This document shows positions 9,894 through 18,216 of a DNA stretch of 56,751 nt, piece by piece; the first letter of the stretch is position 1, and each line of letters begins with the position of its first letter. The position numbers and the translations under genes are program-made. The DNA is from Bacteroidales bacterium (GTDB taxonomy: Bacteria > Bacteroidota > Bacteroidia > Bacteroidales > UBA1402), in assembly GCA_012718945.1 (NCBI GenBank), contig JAAYBL010000106.1, forward strand, positions 1 through 56,751, given 5' to 3'. Below the pieces are notes generated by a model. That model saw only the letters and a list, made by a program, of their open reading frames with translations, had not been told where the DNA came from and did no database searches.

Positions 9894-10457
9894 ATGGATT
9901 TCGGCGATTGGGTATTTTACGGATTGATCATCGCTTCGGTGGTGGGTTCCGTGGTCAAGTCTGTTAAAAAGAAACAGGCTGATGCTGCCGGACAAGAGGA
10001 AGATACTGGGGCAGCGCCAACCAATGATGGCTCTGAATGGGTTAAGAATATCGTACGTGAAACGACCAAGAACCTCTTCGATATGGATGACGATGATTTT
10101 ATTCCCAGGAATCCCAAGCCCGCTCCTGCAGCCAGCCGGTCAACAACCGTAACATCAGCGCCTGAACGCTCAGCCGGACACGTAGCTGAGGACTATCGAC
10201 GCACCAATCAGTCGGCAGAAGCCTACCGTCGCACCAATCAAAGTGCAGAGCGGTTTACCCGTCCTACGGTTAGCCTGGAGGATAAGTATGCCAGCAAGGC
10301 AGGTCAATCCAGTAAACTCAAACATCCTTCAGCTGGTGTAGAACCTGCTGTTGTCACGGCCACTCCGTCACTTCTGGCGGCTGGTGACGATTTAGATGAT
10401 GTGCAAGAGGTCAGAAAAGCTCTCATCTACGGTGAAATCATGCGGCCAAAGTTTTGA
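9894..10457 (+). CDS. Hypothetical single-TM protein with a disordered middle and a conserved-looking C-terminal 'EVRKALIYGEIMRPKF' motif
   Basis: N-terminal hydrophobic helix, low-complexity linker and a C-terminal motif of the 'xRxAIIxxEILxxKY' type. ATG 9894 lies downstream of the promoter. Confidence 0.75.
   Translation: MDFGDWVFYGLIIASVVGSVVKSVKKKQADAAGQEEDTGAAPTNDGSEWVKNIVRETTKNLFDMDDDDFIPRNPKPAPAASRSTTVTSAPERSAGHVAEDYRRTNQSAEAYRRTNQSAERFTRPTVSLEDKYASKAGQSSKLKHPSAGVEPAVVTATPSLLAAGDDLDDVQEVRKALIYGEIMRPKF
10185..10274 (+). repeat. In-frame 30-bp tandem repeat (AEDYRRTNQS / AEAYRRTNQS / AERFTRPTVS)
   Basis: CGCACCAATCA recurs 30 bp apart, at 10200 and 10230. Confidence 0.85.
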
Positions 10458-10537
10458 TCGACGCTCAAATTCCCCCTACCTTTCCTGTTTATTGTGTTGG
10501 TTTTTTGTACTTTTGCGGTGCTTAAAAACACACACAT

Positions 10538-12019
10538 ATGTCTTATCGTTTCATTTCTGCAGAAGAAGCCGCTTCGTTTGTGAACAACGGCGATAATGTT
10601 GGTTTCAGTGGCTTCACACCGGCTGGTTCGCCCAAAGTCGTAACCAAAGCCATCGCAGCCAAAGCGATCAGCGAACACAATGCTGGTCGAGAGTTTAAAA
10701 TCGGCATGATTACAGGCGCGTCTACCGGTGATTCACTGGATGGAGAGTTGGCAAGAGCTGATGCTGTGAAGTTCCGTGTGCCTTATCAAGGCAACAGTGA
10801 CATGCGCAATAACTTGAATACCGGTAAAACGGCATACGTTGACATGCACTTGTCCAGTTTGCCTCAAGAGTTGCGGTACGGTTTTTTAGGAAAAATCAAT
10901 GTGGCCATCCTTGAGGTGTGCGATGTAACTGAAAGCGGGGAATTGGTATTGACTTCAGGTGTCGGCATTTCGCCTACGATCTCCAAGTTGGCTGATATAA
11001 TCATTCTGGAATTGAACAAGCGGCATCCGGCCCACATAAAGGGGCTGCACGATATTTACGAGCCCCTTGATCCTCCTTATCGTCGCGAAATCCCCGTGTA
11101 TCAACCCTCAGACCGCATTGGAAATCCTGTGCTCAAAGTCGACCCGGCTAAGATTGTCGGTATCGTGGAAACCAACGAACCCGATCAAGTTGGAGGTTTT
11201 GCTCCGGCTGACGAAGTGACTACAGCCGTTGGTGACAATGTCGCTAATTTCTTGGTTGGAGAGATGAAAGCTGGTCGCATTCCAGCCAGCTTCCTTCCGA
11301 TCCAATCGGGCGTTGGCAATATTGCTAATGCTGTACTTGGTTCGCTTGGATCGAATCCCGACATACCCGCTTTTCAAATGTATACTGAAGTCATTCAGGA
11401 TGCTGTCATTGATCTGATGCGCAAAGGCGATGTGAAGTTTGCCAGTGGCTGTTCGCTGACTATTTCTCCCGATGTTCTAACCAGTGTTTACAAGGATTGG
11501 GACTTTTTCAAGGATAAATTGGTGCTCAGACCTTCGGAAATTTCCAACAGCCCCGAAGTGGCCAGGCGTCTTGGGCTTATTACCATCAACACGGCCCTGG
11601 AAGCCGATATCTTCGGCAATGTCAATTCAACACACGTGTTAGGGACAAAAATGATGAATGGTATTGGAGGCTCTGGTGATTTCACCCGCAACGCCTACCT
11701 GTCTATCTTCACCTGTCCTTCCGTAGCCAAGGGCGGCAAAATCAGCGCCATTGTGCCAATGGTTTCTCACCAGGACCACAACGAACACTCAGTGAAGGTG
11801 TTGATTACTGAACTGGGTGTTGCTGATCTCAGAGGCAAGTCTCCGATACAACGCGCCCAATGCATCATTGAAAACTGTGTTCACGCTGACTACAAACAAC
11901 TGATGTGGGATTATCTGAAATTGAGCAAAGGTGGACATACCCCCCACTCTCTTGCACAAGGTCATGCCCTGCACCTGGAGTTTATGGCATCAGGTGATAT
12001 GCGCAACACACGTTATTAA
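10538..12019 (+). CDS. Succinate CoA-transferase / acetyl-CoA hydrolase-transferase family
   Basis: SGFTPAGSPK, QSGVGNIANAV, YTEVIQD (catalytic Glu) and MMNGIGGSGDF motifs; -7 element TACTTTTG at 10508-10515. Confidence 0.93.
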   Translation: MSYRFISAEEAASFVNNGDNVGFSGFTPAGSPKVVTKAIAAKAISEHNAGREFKIGMITGASTGDSLDGELARADAVKFRVPYQGNSDMRNNLNTGKTAYVDMHLSSLPQELRYGFLGKINVAILEVCDVTESGELVLTSGVGISPTISKLADIIILELNKRHPAHIKGLHDIYEPLDPPYRREIPVYQPSDRIGNPVLKVDPAKIVGIVETNEPDQVGGFAPADEVTTAVGDNVANFLVGEMKAGRIPASFLPIQSGVGNIANAVLGSLGSNPDIPAFQMYTEVIQDAVIDLMRKGDVKFASGCSLTISPDVLTSVYKDWDFFKDKLVLRPSEISNSPEVARRLGLITINTALEADIFGNVNSTHVLGTKMMNGIGGSGDFTRNAYLSIFTCPSVAKGGKISAIVPMVSHQDHNEHSVKVLITELGVADLRGKSPIQRAQCIIENCVHADYKQLMWDYLKLSKGGHTPHSLAQGHALHLEFMASGDMRNTRY

Positions 12020-12057
12020 ACCACAGGCTCCAGGGCCACTATTCGTTTAGCCAGTAA

Positions 12058-12585
12058 ATGATGCGTTCTGTCTTTTTGATAGGCTTCATGGGGTCGGGAA
12101 AATCGACCATCGGACGTATGCTGGCTGAGCCTTTGGGTTTACCCTACATAGATCTTGACCAATACCTTGAACAGCAGCAGGGACAATCAGTGCCTGCTCT
12201 GTTCGAGCGATTGGGTGAAGCCGCTTTCAGGGCACTGGAACGCGAGGCATTGCATACCCTGGCCGCAGGGCCTCCTGCAGTTGTGGCAACCGGAGGTGGG
12301 GCTCCCTGCCATTTTGATAACATGGCTTTCATGAAATCGGTAGGCAAAACCCTCTATTTGAAAGCCTCACCCGAAGAATTGGCTTTACGATTAAAGCCCG
12401 AATTAGGCAATCGTCCGCTGCTTGAAGGCCAAACCAAGCAATCTCTTCCAGGTTTTATCGCTGACATGCTCGCAAAACGGGCTTCTTTTTACGATCAAGC
12501 CGACATTGTGGTATTGACCGATGGGCAGACAAAGCAAGATGTGGTAAGACGTTGTCTCCTCTTTTTAAAAGGTTCACGTACCTGA
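12058..12585 (+). CDS. aroK: Shikimate kinase
   Basis: GFMGSGKST P-loop, DLD, GEAAFRALE, ATGGGAPC and RPLL motifs. Confidence 0.95.
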   Translation: MMRSVFLIGFMGSGKSTIGRMLAEPLGLPYIDLDQYLEQQQGQSVPALFERLGEAAFRALEREALHTLAAGPPAVVATGGGAPCHFDNMAFMKSVGKTLYLKASPEELALRLKPELGNRPLLEGQTKQSLPGFIADMLAKRASFYDQADIVVLTDGQTKQDVVRRCLLFLKGSRT

Positions 12586-12611
12586 TACCTGCTTCTCGTC
12601 ATTTACACTTC

Positions 12612-14141
12612 CTAATCTCCCCATCTTCCCTTATCAAGCATGCGGTACTGGATGGCTTCAGCGATGTCTTCCACCTCTATATCATCGTGTCCGCCCAAAT
12701 CAGCTATGGTTCTTCCCATCTTTAGAATCCTATCGTAGGCTCTGGCTGAAAGATGCAATTTTTGCATGGCCGCTTGCAGCAAGGTAATGCCCTTATGGTT
12801 AATCCTGGCATATTGTTTCAGCATAGCCGCAGTCATCATGGCATTGCAAAACACAGCAGGCTCTTTTGTAAAGCGTTCGGCCTGTCGTTCCCTGGCTGCC
12901 AAAACCCGCTTTCGTATGCTCTCACTGGATTCTCCCCGTTGCCTTTCCGTCAGTTTTTCAAAGGGCACAGGGGTTAAAGCCAACTGCAGGTCTATTCTGT
13001 CAAGCAGGGGCCCCGAAAGCTTGTTCAGGTATCGTCTGATTTGACCGGGCGTACAGACACAGGGGTGGTCCTGGTCGTTATAATGTCCGCAAGGACAGGG
13101 ATTCATCGAGGCGACCAACATGAAATTGGCAGGGTAACTGAGGTGATAATTGGCTCTCGCTACCTGGATAACCCTGTCTTCCAAGGGTTGACGCAGCACT
13201 TCCAGGACGTGTCGTTGAAATTCCGGAAGTTCATCCAGGAATAATATCCCGTTGTGTGCCAGAGATATTTCTCCTGGTTGAGGTTTTCCGCCACCACCAA
13301 TTAATGCAATGGCGCTGATGCTGTGATGAGGCGCTCTGAACGGACGTGTCGTGATCAATGACTTACCCGAGCCCAACTTACCAGCCACGGAGTGAATGAC
13401 TGTCGTTTCCAGTGCCTCTGTTCTGCTCATCGGTGGAAGAATACTGGGAATGCATTTGGCCATCATAGTTTTTCCAGCCCCTGGAGGGCCCAACATAAGG
13501 AGGTTATGACCACCGGCGCAGGCAACTTCTATGGCGCGCTTTTCTGATTCCTGGCCTTTGACTTCCCCAAAATCACTTCCGATTAGCCGTGTATCAATGT
13601 CCTTTTGGTCTTTTGTTTGTACGGGTGGTATTGGTTTCCCATTCAAGTAGTCAACCACTTCTCCCAACCCTTTTAAGCCATACACTTCCAGCCCTTCCAC
13701 TACTGCCGCTTCCAACCCATTTTCTGCGGGAACAACCAACCGCTTGATGCCAGTACGGCTTGCTAACAAAGCGACGGCCAAAGCGCCCCTGATGGCCCGC
13801 AAATGACCATCCAGCGACAACTCGCCCATAAAGAGGGTGTCTTTCAGGGTTTCCTGCGTGACAAAACCACCTGCAGCCATTATTCCAACAGCCAGGGGAA
13901 GGTCATAAGCCGTGCCTTCTTTCCGTAAATCGGCTGGTGCCATATTGATGGTGATTTGATGCCTGGGTAAGTCCATGTTGTTGCATCGGAGTGCCGAAGT
14001 GATGCGTTCATGGCTCTCTTTTACGGCGTTGTCCGGCAATCCTACGAGGGAAAAACGAATGCCCCTTGATAATCCAACTTCTATTTGCACGGGTAGGGCT
14101 TCAACCCCAGAAATAGCTGCGCTCAAGACTTCTACCAACAT
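12612..14141 (-). CDS. comM: YifB/ComM family Mg-chelatase-like AAA+ ATPase
   Basis: VGLPDNAVKES, GPPGAGKT, PFRAPHHS, LFLDELPEF, MNPCPCG and SGPLLDRID motifs; -7 element TACCTTTG at 14155-14162 (minus strand). Confidence 0.93.
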   Translation of the reverse strand: MLVEVLSAAISGVEALPVQIEVGLSRGIRFSLVGLPDNAVKESHERITSALRCNNMDLPRHQITINMAPADLRKEGTAYDLPLAVGIMAAGGFVTQETLKDTLFMGELSLDGHLRAIRGALAVALLASRTGIKRLVVPAENGLEAAVVEGLEVYGLKGLGEVVDYLNGKPIPPVQTKDQKDIDTRLIGSDFGEVKGQESEKRAIEVACAGGHNLLMLGPPGAGKTMMAKCIPSILPPMSRTEALETTVIHSVAGKLGSGKSLITTRPFRAPHHSISAIALIGGGGKPQPGEISLAHNGILFLDELPEFQRHVLEVLRQPLEDRVIQVARANYHLSYPANFMLVASMNPCPCGHYNDQDHPCVCTPGQIRRYLNKLSGPLLDRIDLQLALTPVPFEKLTERQRGESSESIRKRVLAARERQAERFTKEPAVFCNAMMTAAMLKQYARINHKGITLLQAAMQKLHLSARAYDRILKMGRTIADLGGHDDIEVEDIAEAIQYRMLDKGRWGD

Positions 14142-14270
14142 TGTATTTTTTGCACAAAGGTAATAAAAATAACAATAAAGAAATAAATAAGATACACAAG
14201 AAGGCCGGAATTACGGATCAGTTGTCGCGTTGAGTAGACTAGAATGATAGAAAGGATGTTCTGATGACGC

Positions 14271-14942
14271 TTACCAAGCTTTGATGCCCTGCTTCAAGCG
14301 CTCGGTAAGATGATTGTTAAGAGCTTCACCCTGAAGAAGATTCAACAATTCATCGGTAATCGGATCATAGTCCTGGTAGAAGAAATCCTGGATCAGTACG
14401 ACACTGGCAAATGAGGCAGGATGCTCGAGAATGAATTCCTTGGCTTTCCGCTTTAATCCCAAATTGATCTCGGCCAGACGCACATCAACGCTTTCACCAC
14501 CATGTTGATACTTGCCATTCATGATGTTTTTGCGTTCTACATATAGCAAGTGGATATCTTGTTTGAATCTTGTCAGGTCGTCGTTTACTGTGCCCCCGGT
14601 AATGGTCAACAGGTCTACCAATTCAATATCTCCTTTGATTTGTATCACATCACCGCTTTTTGCGAAAACGGTGGTCCAATAATTGAAATCGTGGAAAAAT
14701 AGGGTAATGGGATTGATTTCTTCGGTCCCCGTTATGTCAAAGTGGAAATTTCCCGATTCGTTGGAGAAAATCGTGTCATACGCTAGCACATGATTGTCAA
14801 TGTAATACGAAAGATAGATGGCTGAGCGGCCCAGATGCTGAATTTGACCATCTACCGACACACGGCCAGGCTTATCAGGAGAGCAGGCGCCCACCAGTAA
14901 GACCATCCCCAAAAGGTATAAAAACCGGGTAAATTTGGCCAT
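14271..14942 (-). CDS. DUF4369-domain lipoprotein (no thioredoxin domain)
   Basis: Lipobox VGAC; N-terminal beta domain 'VDGQI...YDTI...GNFHF...ITGGTVNDDL' followed by a helical 'FILEHPASFAS' segment. Confidence 0.7.
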   Translation of the reverse strand: MAKFTRFLYLLGMVLLVGACSPDKPGRVSVDGQIQHLGRSAIYLSYYIDNHVLAYDTIFSNESGNFHFDITGTEEINPITLFFHDFNYWTTVFAKSGDVIQIKGDIELVDLLTITGGTVNDDLTRFKQDIHLLYVERKNIMNGKYQHGGESVDVRLAEINLGLKRKAKEFILEHPASFASVVLIQDFFYQDYDPITDELLNLLQGEALNNHLTERLKQGIKAW

Positions 14943-15144
14943 AAAGTGTTAATTTGTGGTAAAAGTACATAAAAAAGTGAAATTTCAAAGCATTTTTCAA
15001 TGCAATAGTTGGTGGCAGTTTCTGAAAAGATAGCGTAAAATCCCTAATAAAACGCTCAGATGAATACTTATTGTGTTGGATGTGCTTAAAAAAGGTGAAA
15101 AAAACCCTAAAAATGACTGTTTGGAGAAGTCATTATTATATAGA

Positions 15145-15179
15145 TATATTTGCTATTAAAATGATATCAGAATTCTATC
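15145..15179 (+). promoter_or_regulatory. -7 element TATATTTG with an overlapping TGATATCA palindrome and 11-bp repeats (candidate RHH operator)
   Basis: TATATTTG at 15145-15152; TTGCTATT (15150), ATGATATC (15161) and ATTCTATC (15172). Confidence 0.5.
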
Positions 15180-15202
15180 GTCTTACCTTAACACGCACGC
15201 TG

Positions 15203-16177
15203 ATGAAAACAAATGAAGCTGTATTTGAAGGCACTAAGTTGTCTGGTATTCCCACGTTGTTGTTCAATCTACTGTTTACAGGTGGATTGATTTGGTTGTT
15301 CATTTATCTGGTAAGCGCTGTCGAGCCATCGACACTCACCACCGTTGGCATTGCAGGGACACTCCTGCTCTTTTGCTTCAGTTTCCTGGCCTGGTTCGGC
15401 TTTGTCCAGGTGGAACCAAATGAAGCCAGGGTCATGGTGTTTTTCGGTCGCTACCATGGTACCCTTAAAGAAAATGGATTTTTCTGGGTCAATCCCTTCT
15501 ACGCCAAGAAAAAACTGACCCTAAGAGCCAGAAACCTGGACGCTACCCCTATCAAGGTCAACGACAAAGCAGGCAACCCTATCATGATAGGTCAAGTGTT
15601 GGTATGGCGCATCAGCGATACCTACAAGGCCTCGTTCGACATTGACAATGCCTCGGAAAATGTGGTGGTCAAAGCTCAAAGTGGGGTTATCGTCGATCAG
15701 TTGGCCCAGAAAATGAAAGCGTACGAAAACTTTGTCAAGGTGCAAAGCGACGCAGCGCTCCGTCAAGTGGCCGGTCAATATCCCTACGATGAGGCTGATG
15801 CTGCCGGCAAGGATGCGCTCACTCTCAGAGGCGGAGGTGACGAAATCAACACCTTATTGGAGAAACAATTGAGCGAACGGTTGGCCATTGCCGGTATCGA
15901 GGTGGTGGAAGCCAGGCTCAATTACCTGGCTTATGCCCCTGAGATTGCCGCTGTCATGCTGCGTCGCCAACAAGCCGATGCCATTATTTCCGCCCGTGAA
16001 AAGATCGTTGAAGGAGCCGTAGGCATGGTCAAGCTCGCGCTTGATAAATTAAAAGCCGATGGCATCATCGACCTTGACGACGACAAACGCGCCGCCATGG
16101 TCAGCAATCTGCTGGTTGTACTCTGTGGTGAAGAATCCACGCAACCCATTGTCAATGCAGGTACGTTGTACAATTAA
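15203..16177 (+). CDS. SPFH/Band 7 domain membrane protein
   Basis: Two TMs, VEPNEARVMVFFGRY, IKVNDKAGNPI, LAYAPEIAAVMLRRQQA and MVSNLLVVLC. The start is ATG 15203; the ORF-track extension runs across the promoter. Confidence 0.92.
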   Translation: MKTNEAVFEGTKLSGIPTLLFNLLFTGGLIWLFIYLVSAVEPSTLTTVGIAGTLLLFCFSFLAWFGFVQVEPNEARVMVFFGRYHGTLKENGFFWVNPFYAKKKLTLRARNLDATPIKVNDKAGNPIMIGQVLVWRISDTYKASFDIDNASENVVVKAQSGVIVDQLAQKMKAYENFVKVQSDAALRQVAGQYPYDEADAAGKDALTLRGGGDEINTLLEKQLSERLAIAGIEVVEARLNYLAYAPEIAAVMLRRQQADAIISAREKIVEGAVGMVKLALDKLKADGIIDLDDDKRAAMVSNLLVVLCGEESTQPIVNAGTLYN

Positions 16178-16183
16178 CAGGGC

Positions 16184-16366
16184 ATGGGGAAAACGCAAAA
16201 AACAAAGAGTTTCATGCTCCGCGTGGATGCTGATTTGATGGACGCCATCGAGAAATGGGCGGCCGATGAATTCCGCAGCACCAACGGACAAATAGCTTAC
16301 CTCCTGGATCAGGCCCTGAAGAAGAGCGGACGGGCCCCCAGGCGGTCTAGCGGGCCGACAGAATGA
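16184..16366 (+). CDS. Arc/ribbon-helix-helix DNA-binding protein
   Basis: KSFMLRVD...IEKWAADEFRSTNGQIAYLL RHH pattern, directly after the SPFH gene. Confidence 0.85.
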   Translation: MGKTQKTKSFMLRVDADLMDAIEKWAADEFRSTNGQIAYLLDQALKKSGRAPRRSSGPTE

Positions 16367-17294
16367 CCAACAGGCTGGACACACCGATGACCAACCACAC
16401 CAACACGCCCAGTACGATGGCTTTTAGCCCCACGCTGCGAATGACTTGCCAGGAGAGAGAGGCACCTATGAAAAACAGGGAGACCGTCAGCAAGCGTTTG
16501 CTAACGGTGACAATACCATCTGTCAGGATGTCGGGTAGGGGGGTGTAGGTGTTCAACACCATGGCAACCACAAACAACAGTATGAACCAGGGTAGGTACA
16601 TCTTGCCCGAACCTTGTTTGAAAATCAAGGATGAGACAAAGGCCAAGGGGATGATCCATAAAGCCCTGGTCAATTTGACCGTTGTTGCTACCGACAACGC
16701 CTCCTGACCATAGGTTGATGCGGCTCCCACTACGGAGCTGGTATCGTGGATGGCAATGGCCGACCACAGGCCGAATTCGCGTTGGCTCATGTTCAACAGG
16801 TTACCCAACACCGGGAACAAAAACAAGGCGATGGCGTTGAGGATAAACACGATACCCAAGGCCACGGAGAGCTGCCCATCGTTGGCCTTGATCACAGGAC
16901 CTACGGCAGCGATGGCGCTACCTCCGCAGATGGCCGTGCCAGCACTGATCAGGTAACTGGTCTTACTGTCCAACTTCAGCTTGCGGCCAATAAACCAACC
17001 GATCATCATGGTACCACTCACCGTCAGGATTGTGAACATCATACCGTCCTTACCGGAGGCTAATGATTCGTGCAGGTTCATGCCAAATCCTAATCCAACA
17101 ACAGCTGCTTGCAGCAGGTACTTGGACGCTTTTTTATTGAATTTTGGAAACGGTTGACCTACTAACAAGGCAAACAGAAGCCCCGCCAATAAGGCCATTG
17201 GGGCAGTAACAAAGGGGAGAAAACAACACAATATGACAGCCACATAGAGCACTTTTGATAGTGTACTCTGGGGCGCGTTTGATAACAGCGACAT
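16347..17294 (-). CDS. YeiH family (putative sulfate exporter) membrane protein
   Basis: GTAICGGSAIAA, AIHDTSSVVGAA and VKLTRALW motifs; -7 element TAACTTTG at 17318-17325 (minus strand). Confidence 0.92.
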   Translation of the reverse strand: MSLLSNAPQSTLSKVLYVAVILCCFLPFVTAPMALLAGLLFALLVGQPFPKFNKKASKYLLQAAVVGLGFGMNLHESLASGKDGMMFTILTVSGTMMIGWFIGRKLKLDSKTSYLISAGTAICGGSAIAAVGPVIKANDGQLSVALGIVFILNAIALFLFPVLGNLLNMSQREFGLWSAIAIHDTSSVVGAASTYGQEALSVATTVKLTRALWIIPLAFVSSLIFKQGSGKMYLPWFILLFVVAMVLNTYTPLPDILTDGIVTVSKRLLTVSLFFIGASLSWQVIRSVGLKAIVLGVLVWLVIGVSSLLVILSAR

Positions 17295-17406
17295 AACTAT
17301 AACCTATTGATGAACCACAAAGTTACCAAAAACAAGCAACTTTTGATGATCGCAACAAATCGAAGTTTTCAAACGAACTTTTTTTAAAAGACAAAAGATC
17401 TTTGAG

Positions 17407-17440
17407 AATTTCCAGTTTTGGAAATTTCAACGTAGTTTTG
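17407..17440 (+). promoter_or_regulatory. nrdGD promoter: -7 TAGTTTTG preceded by a perfect 8-bp inverted repeat
   Basis: AATTTCCA-gttt-TGGAAATT at 17407-17426; TAGTTTTG at 17433-17440, immediately before the riboswitch. Confidence 0.6.
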
Positions 17441-17612
17441 TATCGATATTGGTGGCCGCGCAAGCAACCGTTTGTGTGGCTGAAAAGGGAACCGGGTGAG
17501 AATCCCGGACAGACCCGCTGCTGTATTTCCTGCTAACGACAGACAACCATCGCCACTGGGGTAACCTGGGAAGGCCGTCTGGTCGGGGATAAGTCAGAAG
17601 ACCTGCCACTAT
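17441..17612 (+). ncRNA. Cobalamin (AdoCbl) riboswitch
   Basis: GGT...AAAAGGGAAccgGGTGagAATCCcggACaGacCCGCtgCTGT, then GCCACTG...GGGAAGGC (17552-17575) and the B12-box AAGTCAGAAGACCTGCC (17591-17607). Confidence 0.95.
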
Positions 17613-17710
17613 CGTATCGTAATCATCTCCGGGCATGGGATGACGCGACGTCGACGGCATCCTTCCGTTCATACGCTGTGCTACCCTTACCCGGACTAAC
17701 GGGTAAAGTC

Positions 17711-18172
17711 ATGCATTACTATCAGACAGACATCGTTTTTCAAGAAGTACCAGGCGAAATCAGCCTCTGTTTTTTTATCTGTGGTTGCACCCTGCGCTGC
17801 CCCGGTTGTCATTCCTGGCATACCTGGCGCGAAGAGGCAGGTATGCCGCTAACGGAAGCCTTATTCCTTGCTCAATTGGACCGTTATCAAGGGTCCTTGA
17901 GTTGTGTCCTGTTTATGGGCGGAGAATGGCACGAAACAGCTCTCTGCCATTACCTTGATCTAGCCATTGAAAAGGGGTTGAAGACCTGTCTTTACACAGG
18001 AAGAGAAAGCGTATCAAACAATCTTCTCAGCCGGTTGACCTACCTCAAGACAGGTCCCTGGCGACAAGACCTGGGAGGACTTGACCAGCCAAACACCAAC
18101 CAACGCTTCATCGAGGTGACGTCCGGCCAATGCCTCAACGACCACTTCCAACGAAAGGACATAGCCGTCTAA
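17711..18172 (+). CDS. nrdG: Anaerobic ribonucleotide reductase activating enzyme (radical SAM)
   Basis: IVFQEVPGEISL, CTLRCPGC (CxxxCxxC), FMGGEW, KTGPW and TNQRF motifs; start at ATG 17711. Confidence 0.92.
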   Translation: MHYYQTDIVFQEVPGEISLCFFICGCTLRCPGCHSWHTWREEAGMPLTEALFLAQLDRYQGSLSCVLFMGGEWHETALCHYLDLAIEKGLKTCLYTGRESVSNNLLSRLTYLKTGPWRQDLGGLDQPNTNQRFIEVTSGQCLNDHFQRKDIAV

Positions 18173-18216
18173 TCATCGTAATCAATCGCATAATCGCATA
18201 ATTCTCAACCTACATC

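Noticed and set aside
16184..16366. RHH protein as a type II antitoxin
   Set aside because: No toxin neighbour; it follows an SPFH gene, which fits a transcription regulator.
17427..17672. 81-aa minus-strand ORF
   Set aside because: It coincides with the cobalamin riboswitch on the opposite strand.
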